Shown here: positions 32,892 to 41,160 of the stretch, one piece after another
How positions within the stretch are numbered: position 1 is the stretch's first letter
Layout: every line of letters begins with the position of its first letter
NCBI GenBank assembly: GCA_963793265.1
Contig: CAWBZI010000002.1
Coordinates: 800,001-864,000 of the forward strand
Origin: an uncultured cyanobacterium
GTDB lineage: Bacteria > Cyanobacteriota > Cyanobacteriia > Phormidesmidales > Phormidesmidaceae
Reading direction: 5' to 3'
DNA: 64,000 bases
The notes under the pieces: generated by a model
Database searches by the model: none
What the model was told of the DNA's origin: nothing
Seen by the model: only the letters and a program-made list of their open reading frames with translations
Program-made: the position numbers and the translations under genes

Positions 32892-33571
32892 TGAACACTC
32901 TACTTGCCAATGAAGTTCGCCTGTTTGAGCAGCGCCTACAACTGCTGGACGACAAAGCGCTGTATCTGCCGGAGGTAGGGGCTTTGCTCGTGTCTGATGT
33001 TCACTTGGGAAAGGCAGAAACGTTTCAAGCGTTAGGAATCCCGATTTCTAGTCAGGTGAACAAGGAGAACTTGGAGAGATTGCGATCGCTCATCCACCAA
33101 ACTAAACCCCAAAGACTCTTCATTTTAGGCGATCTGTTCCATTCTAAAAAGTCTCTTGTCCCTGAAGTTTTAGTAAGCTGGGATAATTTCTTAAAGGCGA
33201 TCGCCATAGACACTTGCCTCATCGTCGGCAACCACGACCGCAAGCTGACCTCAGCGCTGCCCCCCTTGGCAATGGACACCCAAGTAGAGGCGGTAAGCGT
33301 CGGGCCTTTTTTACTGAGCCACGAGCCAGAAGTACGACATACGGCGGCGCTAAACGTGTGCGGGCACATTCATCCGGTCGTGAAATTGCGATCGCGTACC
33401 GACAGCCTCCGCCTCCCCTGCTTTTTTGTAGAACGCGACCAACGGCGACTCACGCTCCCTTCCTTTGGCGAATTTACCGGCGGCTACGAAGTAGATTTAG
33501 CTGAAAATACCTGCGCTTACGTGGCTTGTGAAGGTGAGATCATTCCTTTTAAGAGTAAAAGAATCACCTAA
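32891..33571 (+). CDS. pdeM: Ligase-associated DNA damage response metallophosphoesterase
   Basis: SDVHLGK, LGDLFH, GNHD, HEP, GHIHP, LPSFGEFTGG. Confidence 0.85.
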   Translation: MNTLLANEVRLFEQRLQLLDDKALYLPEVGALLVSDVHLGKAETFQALGIPISSQVNKENLERLRSLIHQTKPQRLFILGDLFHSKKSLVPEVLVSWDNFLKAIAIDTCLIVGNHDRKLTSALPPLAMDTQVEAVSVGPFLLSHEPEVRHTAALNVCGHIHPVVKLRSRTDSLRLPCFFVERDQRRLTLPSFGEFTGGYEVDLAENTCAYVACEGEIIPFKSKRIT

Positions 33572-34530
33572 TCGCCATAGCGAATACGCGGATCGAGAAC
33601 GCCATAAAGCACATCTGCAATTAAGTTAAAAACCACAATTAAGATGGCGTAAATGAACGTAATCGACATTACAACAGGCGTGTCGCTGCGAGTAATAGAG
33701 CTAATAAGCAAAGCGCCAATGCCCGGTATGCGAAAGACTTGTTCGGTCACCAGCGCGCCCGTAAAAACAGTCGGAATATCTAAAGCAATTAGCGTCACTA
33801 CCGGAATTAGCGCATTGCGAAGCACATGCCGCATAATCACCTGCCAGCTACTTAAGCCCTTCGCATAGGCCGTGCGAACGTAGTCCATATTCAACTGTTC
33901 AATCACAGCAGCGCGAATATAGCGCATCAGAACAGCCGTTTGAAAGAGCGTCAGCACGGCAACCGGCATAATCGACTGTTTGATCTGGGCAATCAGGCTA
34001 GCAGCATCGTTAACCACTAGCGTGCTGTCGTAAATAAATGGGAGCCAGCCGAGCTGTACGCTAAAAATAATGATGAAAAGTAGGCCGGTGAAAAAAGGCG
34101 GAATAGAGAATCCTGCAAACGCGACTGTCGTCGTGATTTGGTCTAGCCAGCTATAGCGCTTAAGGGCCGAAAGAATGCCTAAAGGGAAGGCGATAATTAC
34201 AGAGATTAGGTAGGCCAAGCCAACCACCCACAGCGTTGTGGGCAATCGCTGTAGGATGAGTTCGTTTACGGGTGAGGGCGTGACAAAGGAGTATCCCATG
34301 TTGCCAGTGAAAAAGGCGATCGCCCACTTTCCATAGCGCACGGGAATCGGCTGATCTAACCCTAGCGATCGCCGAATATTCTCTCTAATTTCTGGGGTAA
34401 TCGAAGGGCTGTTCGCCAGCTCACCCAGCGGATCGCCCGGTGCTAAAGAAAGTACGAGATAAATCACCATACTGATCGCAATCAGCGTCGGAATTGCGAT
34501 CAGCAGCCGTTTGAGCAGATATTTTCCCAC
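33568..34530 (-). CDS. Peptide ABC transporter permease (OppB/DppB-like)
   Basis: PGDP, GLDQP, DYVRTAYAKGL, DPRIRY. Confidence 0.93.
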   Translation of the reverse strand: MGKYLLKRLLIAIPTLIAISMVIYLVLSLAPGDPLGELANSPSITPEIRENIRRSLGLDQPIPVRYGKWAIAFFTGNMGYSFVTPSPVNELILQRLPTTLWVVGLAYLISVIIAFPLGILSALKRYSWLDQITTTVAFAGFSIPPFFTGLLFIIIFSVQLGWLPFIYDSTLVVNDAASLIAQIKQSIMPVAVLTLFQTAVLMRYIRAAVIEQLNMDYVRTAYAKGLSSWQVIMRHVLRNALIPVVTLIALDIPTVFTGALVTEQVFRIPGIGALLISSITRSDTPVVMSITFIYAILIVVFNLIADVLYGVLDPRIRYGD

Positions 34531-36240
34531 TTATTCTCGACCCCAGCTATTGAGCTTCCAGGTGCTTGCGGCCCAGGGCGTGAATTCTAGATTGGTGAGT
34601 GAGTTAGTGATCGCATAGGCATCACTCCGACGCACCAACGGAATCAAGGCCACATCCTCAATCAACAAATCGTTCATCTCTACAAACAGCTCTACGCGCC
34701 TGTCTGCATCTGTTGTTTGCTTCAGCTCACTTAGCAGCGCGTCATACTCAGGATTGCAGTAGCGAGAAGAGTTTTCCTCCGACCACTGATTCTCCTTTTG
34801 AGAAATGCGATCGCACGAGTACAGCTCCATATAAGAATCAGGCTCAGGCGTTTCACTATCAAAGGCAAAAAGCTGCAGATCTGACTTAAACCGATAGACC
34901 GAATCAGGATTAGCCGGATCGCCAAAATAAACGCCCGGCTCCACGCTTTCTAGCTCCACCGACATCCCAATCGACTCCAAATTCTGCTTAATAATCTCCT
35001 GCGTCTTCTGCCTCACCGGATTCACCGAGCTGCTAAAGAGAATATTCAACGCCACACCATTTTTATCTCTTACCCCATCCCCATTCGTATCTTCCCAGCC
35101 CGCCTCATCCAGCAAGCTCGCCGCCTTCGCCAAGTCAAACTCATAGCTCGTATTGCTAGAAGCATACTTATCAGGAGCCACCAAAAAATTAGTCGCCACC
35201 TCGCCTGCTTCACCATAAAGCTGCTCGGTAATCGTCTCTCTATCAATCGCTAAGCTAATCGCCTCTCGCACAGGCTTCTCCGAGAGAAAAGGATGCGGCG
35301 TATCCTTCTGCGAAGTCTCTCCATTCACCTCTTTATTAGGATCAGAGAAGTTAATATAAATTCGCTCCATCAGCGGCTTAAAAACATACGACATACTGCC
35401 GTTGCCACCCGCTTCTAACCCTTCAATCACCGCTGGTTCAGCCTGCACGTTCCAAGCATAGTCAGCCTCACTCGTTTGCAAAACCGCGCGAGCCGCCGAG
35501 GTCGCATCGCCACCCCCTTTAAGTTCTACAGTCGTAAACGGCGACGCCTCACCCCGAAAATTAGGATTAGGCTCATAGACAATCGTATCGTCAGGCCGAA
35601 ACTCTCTTACCTGAAAAGCATTGGTACCCACCGGAGCCGTATTCCCCGGAGCCGTCCGCGCCGCTGCCCCAATAAAATCGCCAAAAACATGCTCAGGCAG
35701 AATCATGCCGCTCCCGCCCACAAACGGAGAAAGCGGTGCCGCCGTTGGCTGCTTAAAAGTGATTTGCACCGTAAGATCGTCAACCGCCTCAACCGCCTCA
35801 ACTTCACCATAAAACTCGCCAGAAGTCGCTCCCGTCGCCGGATCGGTAATAAATTCATAGGTAAAAACAACGTCTTCAGCCGTAAACGCCTCACCGTCTG
35901 ACCACTGCACATCAGGCTTTAGCTTCCAGGTCACCGTCGTGCTGTCTTCACTGATGCCGCCATTGGCTTTCGTTGGAATTTCAGCGGCCAGGATAGGCTC
36001 GAGTTCTTCAGATTCGTTGTAGGCGGCAAGCGGTTCGTATACGATGCTGGCGGCTTCAGAATCTTTGGTGCCGTTGGAGAGGTGGGGGTTTAGGGTGGTA
36101 GGGGCTTGCCAGTAAAGGAGCTTCAGGTCAGTGCTGCTAGCTGCCGAGTCAGAATCTGTAGCGGTTTCTGTCTCAGGGTTGCAGGCAGCAAGCAGTAGAC
36201 CTGCGGTAAGTAGCACCAGTCCTTGTTTTAGTAAGCGCAT
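34531..36240 (-). CDS. Peptide ABC transporter substrate-binding lipoprotein (family 5)
   Basis: LAAC lipobox after ATG at 36240; WQAPTTLNPH, WSDG..FTAEDVVFT. Confidence 0.92.
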   Translation of the reverse strand: MRLLKQGLVLLTAGLLLAACNPETETATDSDSAASSTDLKLLYWQAPTTLNPHLSNGTKDSEAASIVYEPLAAYNESEELEPILAAEIPTKANGGISEDSTTVTWKLKPDVQWSDGEAFTAEDVVFTYEFITDPATGATSGEFYGEVEAVEAVDDLTVQITFKQPTAAPLSPFVGGSGMILPEHVFGDFIGAAARTAPGNTAPVGTNAFQVREFRPDDTIVYEPNPNFRGEASPFTTVELKGGGDATSAARAVLQTSEADYAWNVQAEPAVIEGLEAGGNGSMSYVFKPLMERIYINFSDPNKEVNGETSQKDTPHPFLSEKPVREAISLAIDRETITEQLYGEAGEVATNFLVAPDKYASSNTSYEFDLAKAASLLDEAGWEDTNGDGVRDKNGVALNILFSSSVNPVRQKTQEIIKQNLESIGMSVELESVEPGVYFGDPANPDSVYRFKSDLQLFAFDSETPEPDSYMELYSCDRISQKENQWSEENSSRYCNPEYDALLSELKQTTDADRRVELFVEMNDLLIEDVALIPLVRRSDAYAITNSLTNLEFTPWAASTWKLNSWGRE

Positions 36241-36316
36241 GTGGTAAGTTTCCCCTTTGCCGACGGCATTTGCGATTGGAGAAACTATAGCGCGATCTGT
36301 GAATTTAGCCTTAGCG

Positions 36317-36928
36317 CTAGCTTTGTTTGCCACCGACGAAGGGTGTATTCCAAAAGCGCCAGTTTTGTTTATTGAAGGGCGATCGCCATCGATAAATCAG
36401 GTCAGACTCTAGCTTTTGCCGAAGCTGTCGCTCAGCCGGGGCATGGGGCCAAAAGGCAATTCCTAGCTCACTCTCTAGCCCATTTTCAAAATGCGACTGT
36501 CGGTAGTTCGTTAAATAGCGCTTGCAGTCATGAACGCCTTTCCAGCGCTGATTGGACTTTACCGTTTCGCCAATGTAGAGCAGCAGTGGCGTATTCTCTA
36601 GGCCGTAGTCGATCACAAAGTACATAGCTGCAACGCCTACGTCATCGAACTGCCAGCGCCAGAATTCGGTATTTTGACGACGCAGGCTAAAGGGATCGAT
36701 GCTGTCTGCTGAGGGAGGAGAGGCGATCGCACCTTCATCAAACAAACTCCCCTGCTGAGCCGGTTGACTCGCCTGCAACTTAGTCTGAAAACGAATAATA
36801 CGCTGCTTCCAAACTTGCAGCTCGGTTGGGCCAATCGAGAGCTGCGGCTGAAAATTTTCGTAGGTAGAATAGCTCGCAGCCTGCATAGCCGAGTCAGAGA
36901 GCAAAAAAGATTGGGTGTCTTTCGGCAC
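36317..36928 (-). CDS. GIY-YIG-like nuclease family protein
   Basis: MYFVID...LLYIGET...RW.G.HDCKRY...PFN. Confidence 0.75.
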   Translation of the reverse strand: MPKDTQSFLLSDSAMQAASYSTYENFQPQLSIGPTELQVWKQRIIRFQTKLQASQPAQQGSLFDEGAIASPPSADSIDPFSLRRQNTEFWRWQFDDVGVAAMYFVIDYGLENTPLLLYIGETVKSNQRWKGVHDCKRYLTNYRQSHFENGLESELGIAFWPHAPAERQLRQKLESDLIYRWRSPFNKQNWRFWNTPFVGGKQS

Positions 36929-37059
36929 AGCACGCGGCTCCAGATATAGCGCTAATCATCAATTATTTTTGTAATGTAGCGCTATATGTTGTTATTTACA
37001 AACTATAAGGAAGTGTCAGTTTCCCGCATAGACAGACCGCTGTTTATTGAAGGTTATCA

Positions 37060-37944
37060 CTATTGCTGTGCCATATAAGCTCGGACATTGCGGACAGCTC
37101 GAATCGCGTAAACGTCGTTAGGACGCTCAGTGATCGCCCGTTCAAAAAATCCCAGCGCCCGCTCGTAGTTCCCATTTTGCGTAGCGTCATAGCCTAACCG
37201 CATATACCGATCATAGTCAGCTTCAGGCACTTCACTATTCGCACCGAATTCACCATCTCGCACACCATCTACCGCATTCCAGTAGGCAATCGTCGCCTGC
37301 CGATCGTTAGATCGCTCGTACAGGGCGCTACGGAAGTAGGTTTGAGCAGCGGCGAAGTCCTGACGCTGAGCTGCCGCATAGCCGAGTCGCATGTAGCGAT
37401 CGTAGGGCGTTTCGCCTGCGTAGACGTTGTAGGTGAGGGGCACGTCGCCGGGAGAGTCTGCACCGACGCCTCGGTTGAGATAGGTGTAGACGTTGCGAAT
37501 GGCCTGGGCCGCATAGTAGTCGCGGGGGCGCAGCTCAAGAGCTGCTTCAAAGTGACCGAGCGCGGTTTCGTAGTCGCCTGCGTCGGTAGCGTCGTAGCCT
37601 TGCTCCATGCTGGCTTCGTACTGTAGGGCGCGATCGCTCAGTTCAGGTGAGGTCAGTTCGCCGCGCGCATTCCAATAGGCAACGGTGGCTTCGCGATCGC
37701 GTGGCACCGCATAGAGCGCCGCCCTAAAGAAATTAGCCGCCTCAGCAAAATCACCTTCCTGAGAAGCCGCATAGCCCAGACGCATATATTCGCTATATTC
37801 CTGCTGAGGTGTGTAAGTTTCTGTCGTTTGGGTCGTTGTTGGAGACGTAGAGTCGGGCGGCATTTGCGCTAGCGCTGACTGGCTAGCAAACGTGAGAGAG
37901 AGGGCGGCTAAGCCCAAAGCAGCTAGCTTTTTAGGGGTATTCAT
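37060..37944 (-). CDS. Secreted TPR-like repeat protein
   Basis: Signal peptide and four Y..YMRLGY.A....D...A...F..AL..RP.D..A repeats. Confidence 0.8.
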   Translation of the reverse strand: MNTPKKLAALGLAALSLTFASQSALAQMPPDSTSPTTTQTTETYTPQQEYSEYMRLGYAASQEGDFAEAANFFRAALYAVPRDREATVAYWNARGELTSPELSDRALQYEASMEQGYDATDAGDYETALGHFEAALELRPRDYYAAQAIRNVYTYLNRGVGADSPGDVPLTYNVYAGETPYDRYMRLGYAAAQRQDFAAAQTYFRSALYERSNDRQATIAYWNAVDGVRDGEFGANSEVPEADYDRYMRLGYDATQNGNYERALGFFERAITERPNDVYAIRAVRNVRAYMAQQ

Positions 37945-38599
37945 GACAAATTTTCAGTATGTGTTTGTAGCATTGTTCTTTGTTTGAACGTACGCGATCG
38001 CCCAAGCGAATTCTCTCTAGCCACAGAAGGAGCCTACAAAACCTTCGTGCTCTTTCTTTTGATAGAGCATTTAAGCTAGAGCCAAACAGCGAGAAACACA
38101 GTACTGCTCACAGAAAGGTGAGTAAATGCACTGAGATGTGAGAGACTTATTAATGCATCCAAGATCCCATGAAAACATAGGTGTTTGCGGACTTATCCTC
38201 AATAGAAGCTATTTTTTCCTAATCGTGTAGCTTGTGTTCTAGCTCACAACCTACGCGCAAGGTATATCCGGGATTTTGTCAACAACTTTGGCTAAAAAAA
38301 ATAAATCAAGCAGATTTGATATGAGTTCTGAAAAGTAGTGATTTAAAGCTGCAAGTAAACGAACTCATCACGATAAGGTGTGCCCATGAAAAGATAGCCC
38401 TCCTTGCGATTTCGTGCGCGTCTTATGAGGAGGCAACTAACGTCTTTGATTTGAATTCCTGAAAATCAGTAAAGATCTACGCCTTGCTAGCGTACTCAGG
38501 TGCAACTTTGCATTCATCAAAGGCTCTACCATAGAGCTTTCGTAAAGGCAAAAAGCGCAATGGGAACGATAAGCGAGGCTAAAGATCGCCGTCATTTGT

Positions 38600-39640
38600 T
38601 TGAGCGATTTTGCCATGTCTAGCCGCCATCACAGCTCTACTACTATTAGCAACGCCCGCTTTAGAGCCGCCGTCTTAGAGTCAATGGGTACGATTCAACT
38701 TACTAAATCGTTTACCGTCGTCGAGGCTGTCGCGTTTAAGCAGAGCTGTCAGGAAGCGTTTGCCCGTCATCCTGAACTCGAAGAAATCGTTCTTGACTTT
38801 CTAGAAACAACTTTTATAGACAGCAGTGGCCTCGGGGCGCTGGTGATTTGCCATAAGCTGTGTGAGTCAAAAGGGGCGAAGCTGCGGCTGGTGAATGTGC
38901 CCTCGCAGGTGATGATGGCGCTTTCGCTCACCGAGCTAGACAAAATTTTTCATATTGAGCAAGCGCCCGTTAGAACGCCCGCGAATAAGCCTGGTAATTT
39001 GCAATCGGCCCTAGAGAACCTGCCCGAAACGCATCCATCCGTACGCTCAAAGGCCAAGCGAGCGATGGATATTGTCGGCGGGCTGGTGGGCCTGGCGCTG
39101 ACGCTGGTGGTGTTTGTAGGGGTTGCGATCGCCATCAAACTCGAAGACGGCGGCCCTATTTTCTTTGCTCAAACCCGCTGCTCCTGGCTCGGCAAGCCCT
39201 TCAAAATCTGGAAATTTCGCTCGATGGTGACAGACGCCGAAGCCCGCAAGCGCGAAGTGGCTAATAAAATAGAAGGGCCTCTGTTTAAAAACGACAACGA
39301 CCCGCGCATCACCAAAATTGGCCACTTTTTAAGACGCACGAGCTTGGACGAATTTCCTCAGTTTTGGAACGTGCTCAAAGGCGACATGAGCCTGGTGGGC
39401 ACCCGTCCGCCCACTCCAGATGAAATCGCTCAGTACGAGGTTTCGCAGTGGCAGCGGCTCAACGTAAAGCCTGGCATGACCGGCGAATGGCAGGTCAACG
39501 GTCGCTCTACGGTGACCTCTTTTGAGCAGGTAATTCAACTCGATTTGCAGTACCAGCGCAAATGGAGTCTGATGTATGACATTCAGCTCATTTTTAAGAC
39601 AGTGACGGTGCTCTTTAGCAAGAAGTCGGGCGCAATGTAA
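38600..39640 (+). CDS. STAS domain fused to a priming sugar transferase (Bac_transf)
   Basis: FIDSSGLGALV, then KFRSM, DPRIT, RRTSLDEFPQ, KPGMTG. Alternative start ATG at 38615. Confidence 0.9.
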   Translation: MSDFAMSSRHHSSTTISNARFRAAVLESMGTIQLTKSFTVVEAVAFKQSCQEAFARHPELEEIVLDFLETTFIDSSGLGALVICHKLCESKGAKLRLVNVPSQVMMALSLTELDKIFHIEQAPVRTPANKPGNLQSALENLPETHPSVRSKAKRAMDIVGGLVGLALTLVVFVGVAIAIKLEDGGPIFFAQTRCSWLGKPFKIWKFRSMVTDAEARKREVANKIEGPLFKNDNDPRITKIGHFLRRTSLDEFPQFWNVLKGDMSLVGTRPPTPDEIAQYEVSQWQRLNVKPGMTGEWQVNGRSTVTSFEQVIQLDLQYQRKWSLMYDIQLIFKTVTVLFSKKSGAM

Positions 39641-39734
39641 GCGTGAAATAAGCGCAAAATGACCGTCATCCGACACAATAGATAGGGCAATCGTACTTAA
39701 AGAATTGCCTTATCCGCTCGTCAACGGTCAGTGA

Positions 39735-41078
39735 ATGCTCGCCCTCAACACTCTACTCGCCGATACGCTATCTATACTGATTGGCGCAGGTAGCCTTGCT
39801 TTTTATATTGCTGCCTTCTTTTATCCCGAAGTGCGCCGCCAGTCGGATACGTGGTGGAGCGGAATCGGTGTGTTTTATGCCCTCGTTCTGTGGTTTAGCG
39901 CTGGGCAAATGACTGCTGCAATTTTGTTAGCGCAAATTGCCGCTGTGGCCCTGGTTTTTGGCTTAGGCTGGCAGGTACTCATCGTCCGCCGCCAAAAGAC
40001 GCCGGTTTATCAGCAGACGCCGGTTGTCGTAACGCCTGAAGTGGTGGGCAATTGGACTAAAAACAAGCTCAATCAGCTTAGGATTGCGCCCGCCGAACCC
40101 GTGCCGCTTCAGCTAGAAAAACGCAGCCTGAGCGAATTTTCGACAGAAGGGCTAGGGGTACGCTCCGACCCACGCCGCCGTCCGGTGTACGACTATGAAT
40201 TTGTCGAAGACGGCATTGCTGATGAGGTCAGCAAACTAGAGGCAGCGCCCGATCCTCAGCTTGCGCTGGATTTGGCTTTGGAAAGTGAAAGTGAAGTAGA
40301 CTACGCTGCGCCACCTTCGGCTGAAGCGGAAGTAATTTCGGTTGAGGTGCCAGAGCCAGTCGAAGTGCCAGAGCCAGTTGAAGTGCCAAAGCCAGTTGAA
40401 GTGCCAAAGCCAGTTGAAGTGCCCAAATCAGTTGCAGAGTTAGAGCTGGTAGAGGTTCCTGAAGCAGAGGAGGCGATCGCCCTCGATGAATCTACCGCTG
40501 AACCCACTGCTGAAGTCAACCAATCACCAGAAAGTGACGAGCCAAAAGAACCTGAGTCAGCAGACCTAGAGCTAGCTGATATAGAGCAGACTGCGGAAGT
40601 CGCAGCAGATGAAATCGGTGAAGTTGAGGCCGTTATTGAAAGCTTAAATGAAGGTAGTACTGAAGCAGTCAATACCGATAGCAGCGATGAGGCAGACGAT
40701 TGGGACGACGATATTTTTGAAGAAAGCCCAAAGGCTACAGTCACTTCTACAGTCACTCAAGCCACTGACACTCAAGCCACTGAGAATCGAGACATCGAAG
40801 ATCAGGGCATCGAAGATCGGGGCATCGAAGACAGAGACGATCCTAAACCCCTTCTACAGCCAAAGAAAAAACCTGGCCCGCTCGAAATACCCGTTATCTT
40901 AGTCGGCTGGATCAAAGACGTTATAACATCCTTTACAAAGCCCAAACCCTCAAAGCCCGTCATTGATATTCCGCGACGAGAGCCCTCTATTCAGCCTAAT
41001 AAAGGATCTCAACCGCCAGAAACCAGACATCCAGAGCCCGATACTGACAACTGGGAAGAAAGCAACTGGGATGATTAG
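39735..41078 (+). CDS. Ycf66-family protein with acidic low-complexity tail
   Basis: AFFYPEVRRQSD..WSGIGVFYALVLW (Ycf66 N-terminal domain). Confidence 0.8.
   Translation: MLALNTLLADTLSILIGAGSLAFYIAAFFYPEVRRQSDTWWSGIGVFYALVLWFSAGQMTAAILLAQIAAVALVFGLGWQVLIVRRQKTPVYQQTPVVVTPEVVGNWTKNKLNQLRIAPAEPVPLQLEKRSLSEFSTEGLGVRSDPRRRPVYDYEFVEDGIADEVSKLEAAPDPQLALDLALESESEVDYAAPPSAEAEVISVEVPEPVEVPEPVEVPKPVEVPKPVEVPKSVAELELVEVPEAEEAIALDESTAEPTAEVNQSPESDEPKEPESADLELADIEQTAEVAADEIGEVEAVIESLNEGSTEAVNTDSSDEADDWDDDIFEESPKATVTSTVTQATDTQATENRDIEDQGIEDRGIEDRDDPKPLLQPKKKPGPLEIPVILVGWIKDVITSFTKPKPSKPVIDIPRREPSIQPNKGSQPPETRHPEPDTDNWEESNWDD
40341..40430 (+). repeat. 5 x 18-bp coding tandem repeat (VEVP[E/K]P)
   Basis: GTTGAAGTGCCA(G/A)AGCCA-like units starting at 40341, 40359, 40377, 40395 and 40413. 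Confidence 0.9.
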
Positions 41079-41160
41079 CTTGAAGCGATCGCATCCTTCA
41101 AGGCAGAATGACCTAATTGCCGCAACGCTGCTAGCCCTAAACCCTAACGCCATAACAACC

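Noticed and set aside
40341..40430. Tandem repeats as a possible CRISPR array
   Set aside because: Contiguous in-frame 18-bp units with no spacers and no cas genes; this is a coding repeat.
40963..41160. 66-aa N-terminal extension of IleS in the ORF track
   Set aside because: Overlaps the Ycf66 gene; IleS-like sequence starts at GTG 41161.
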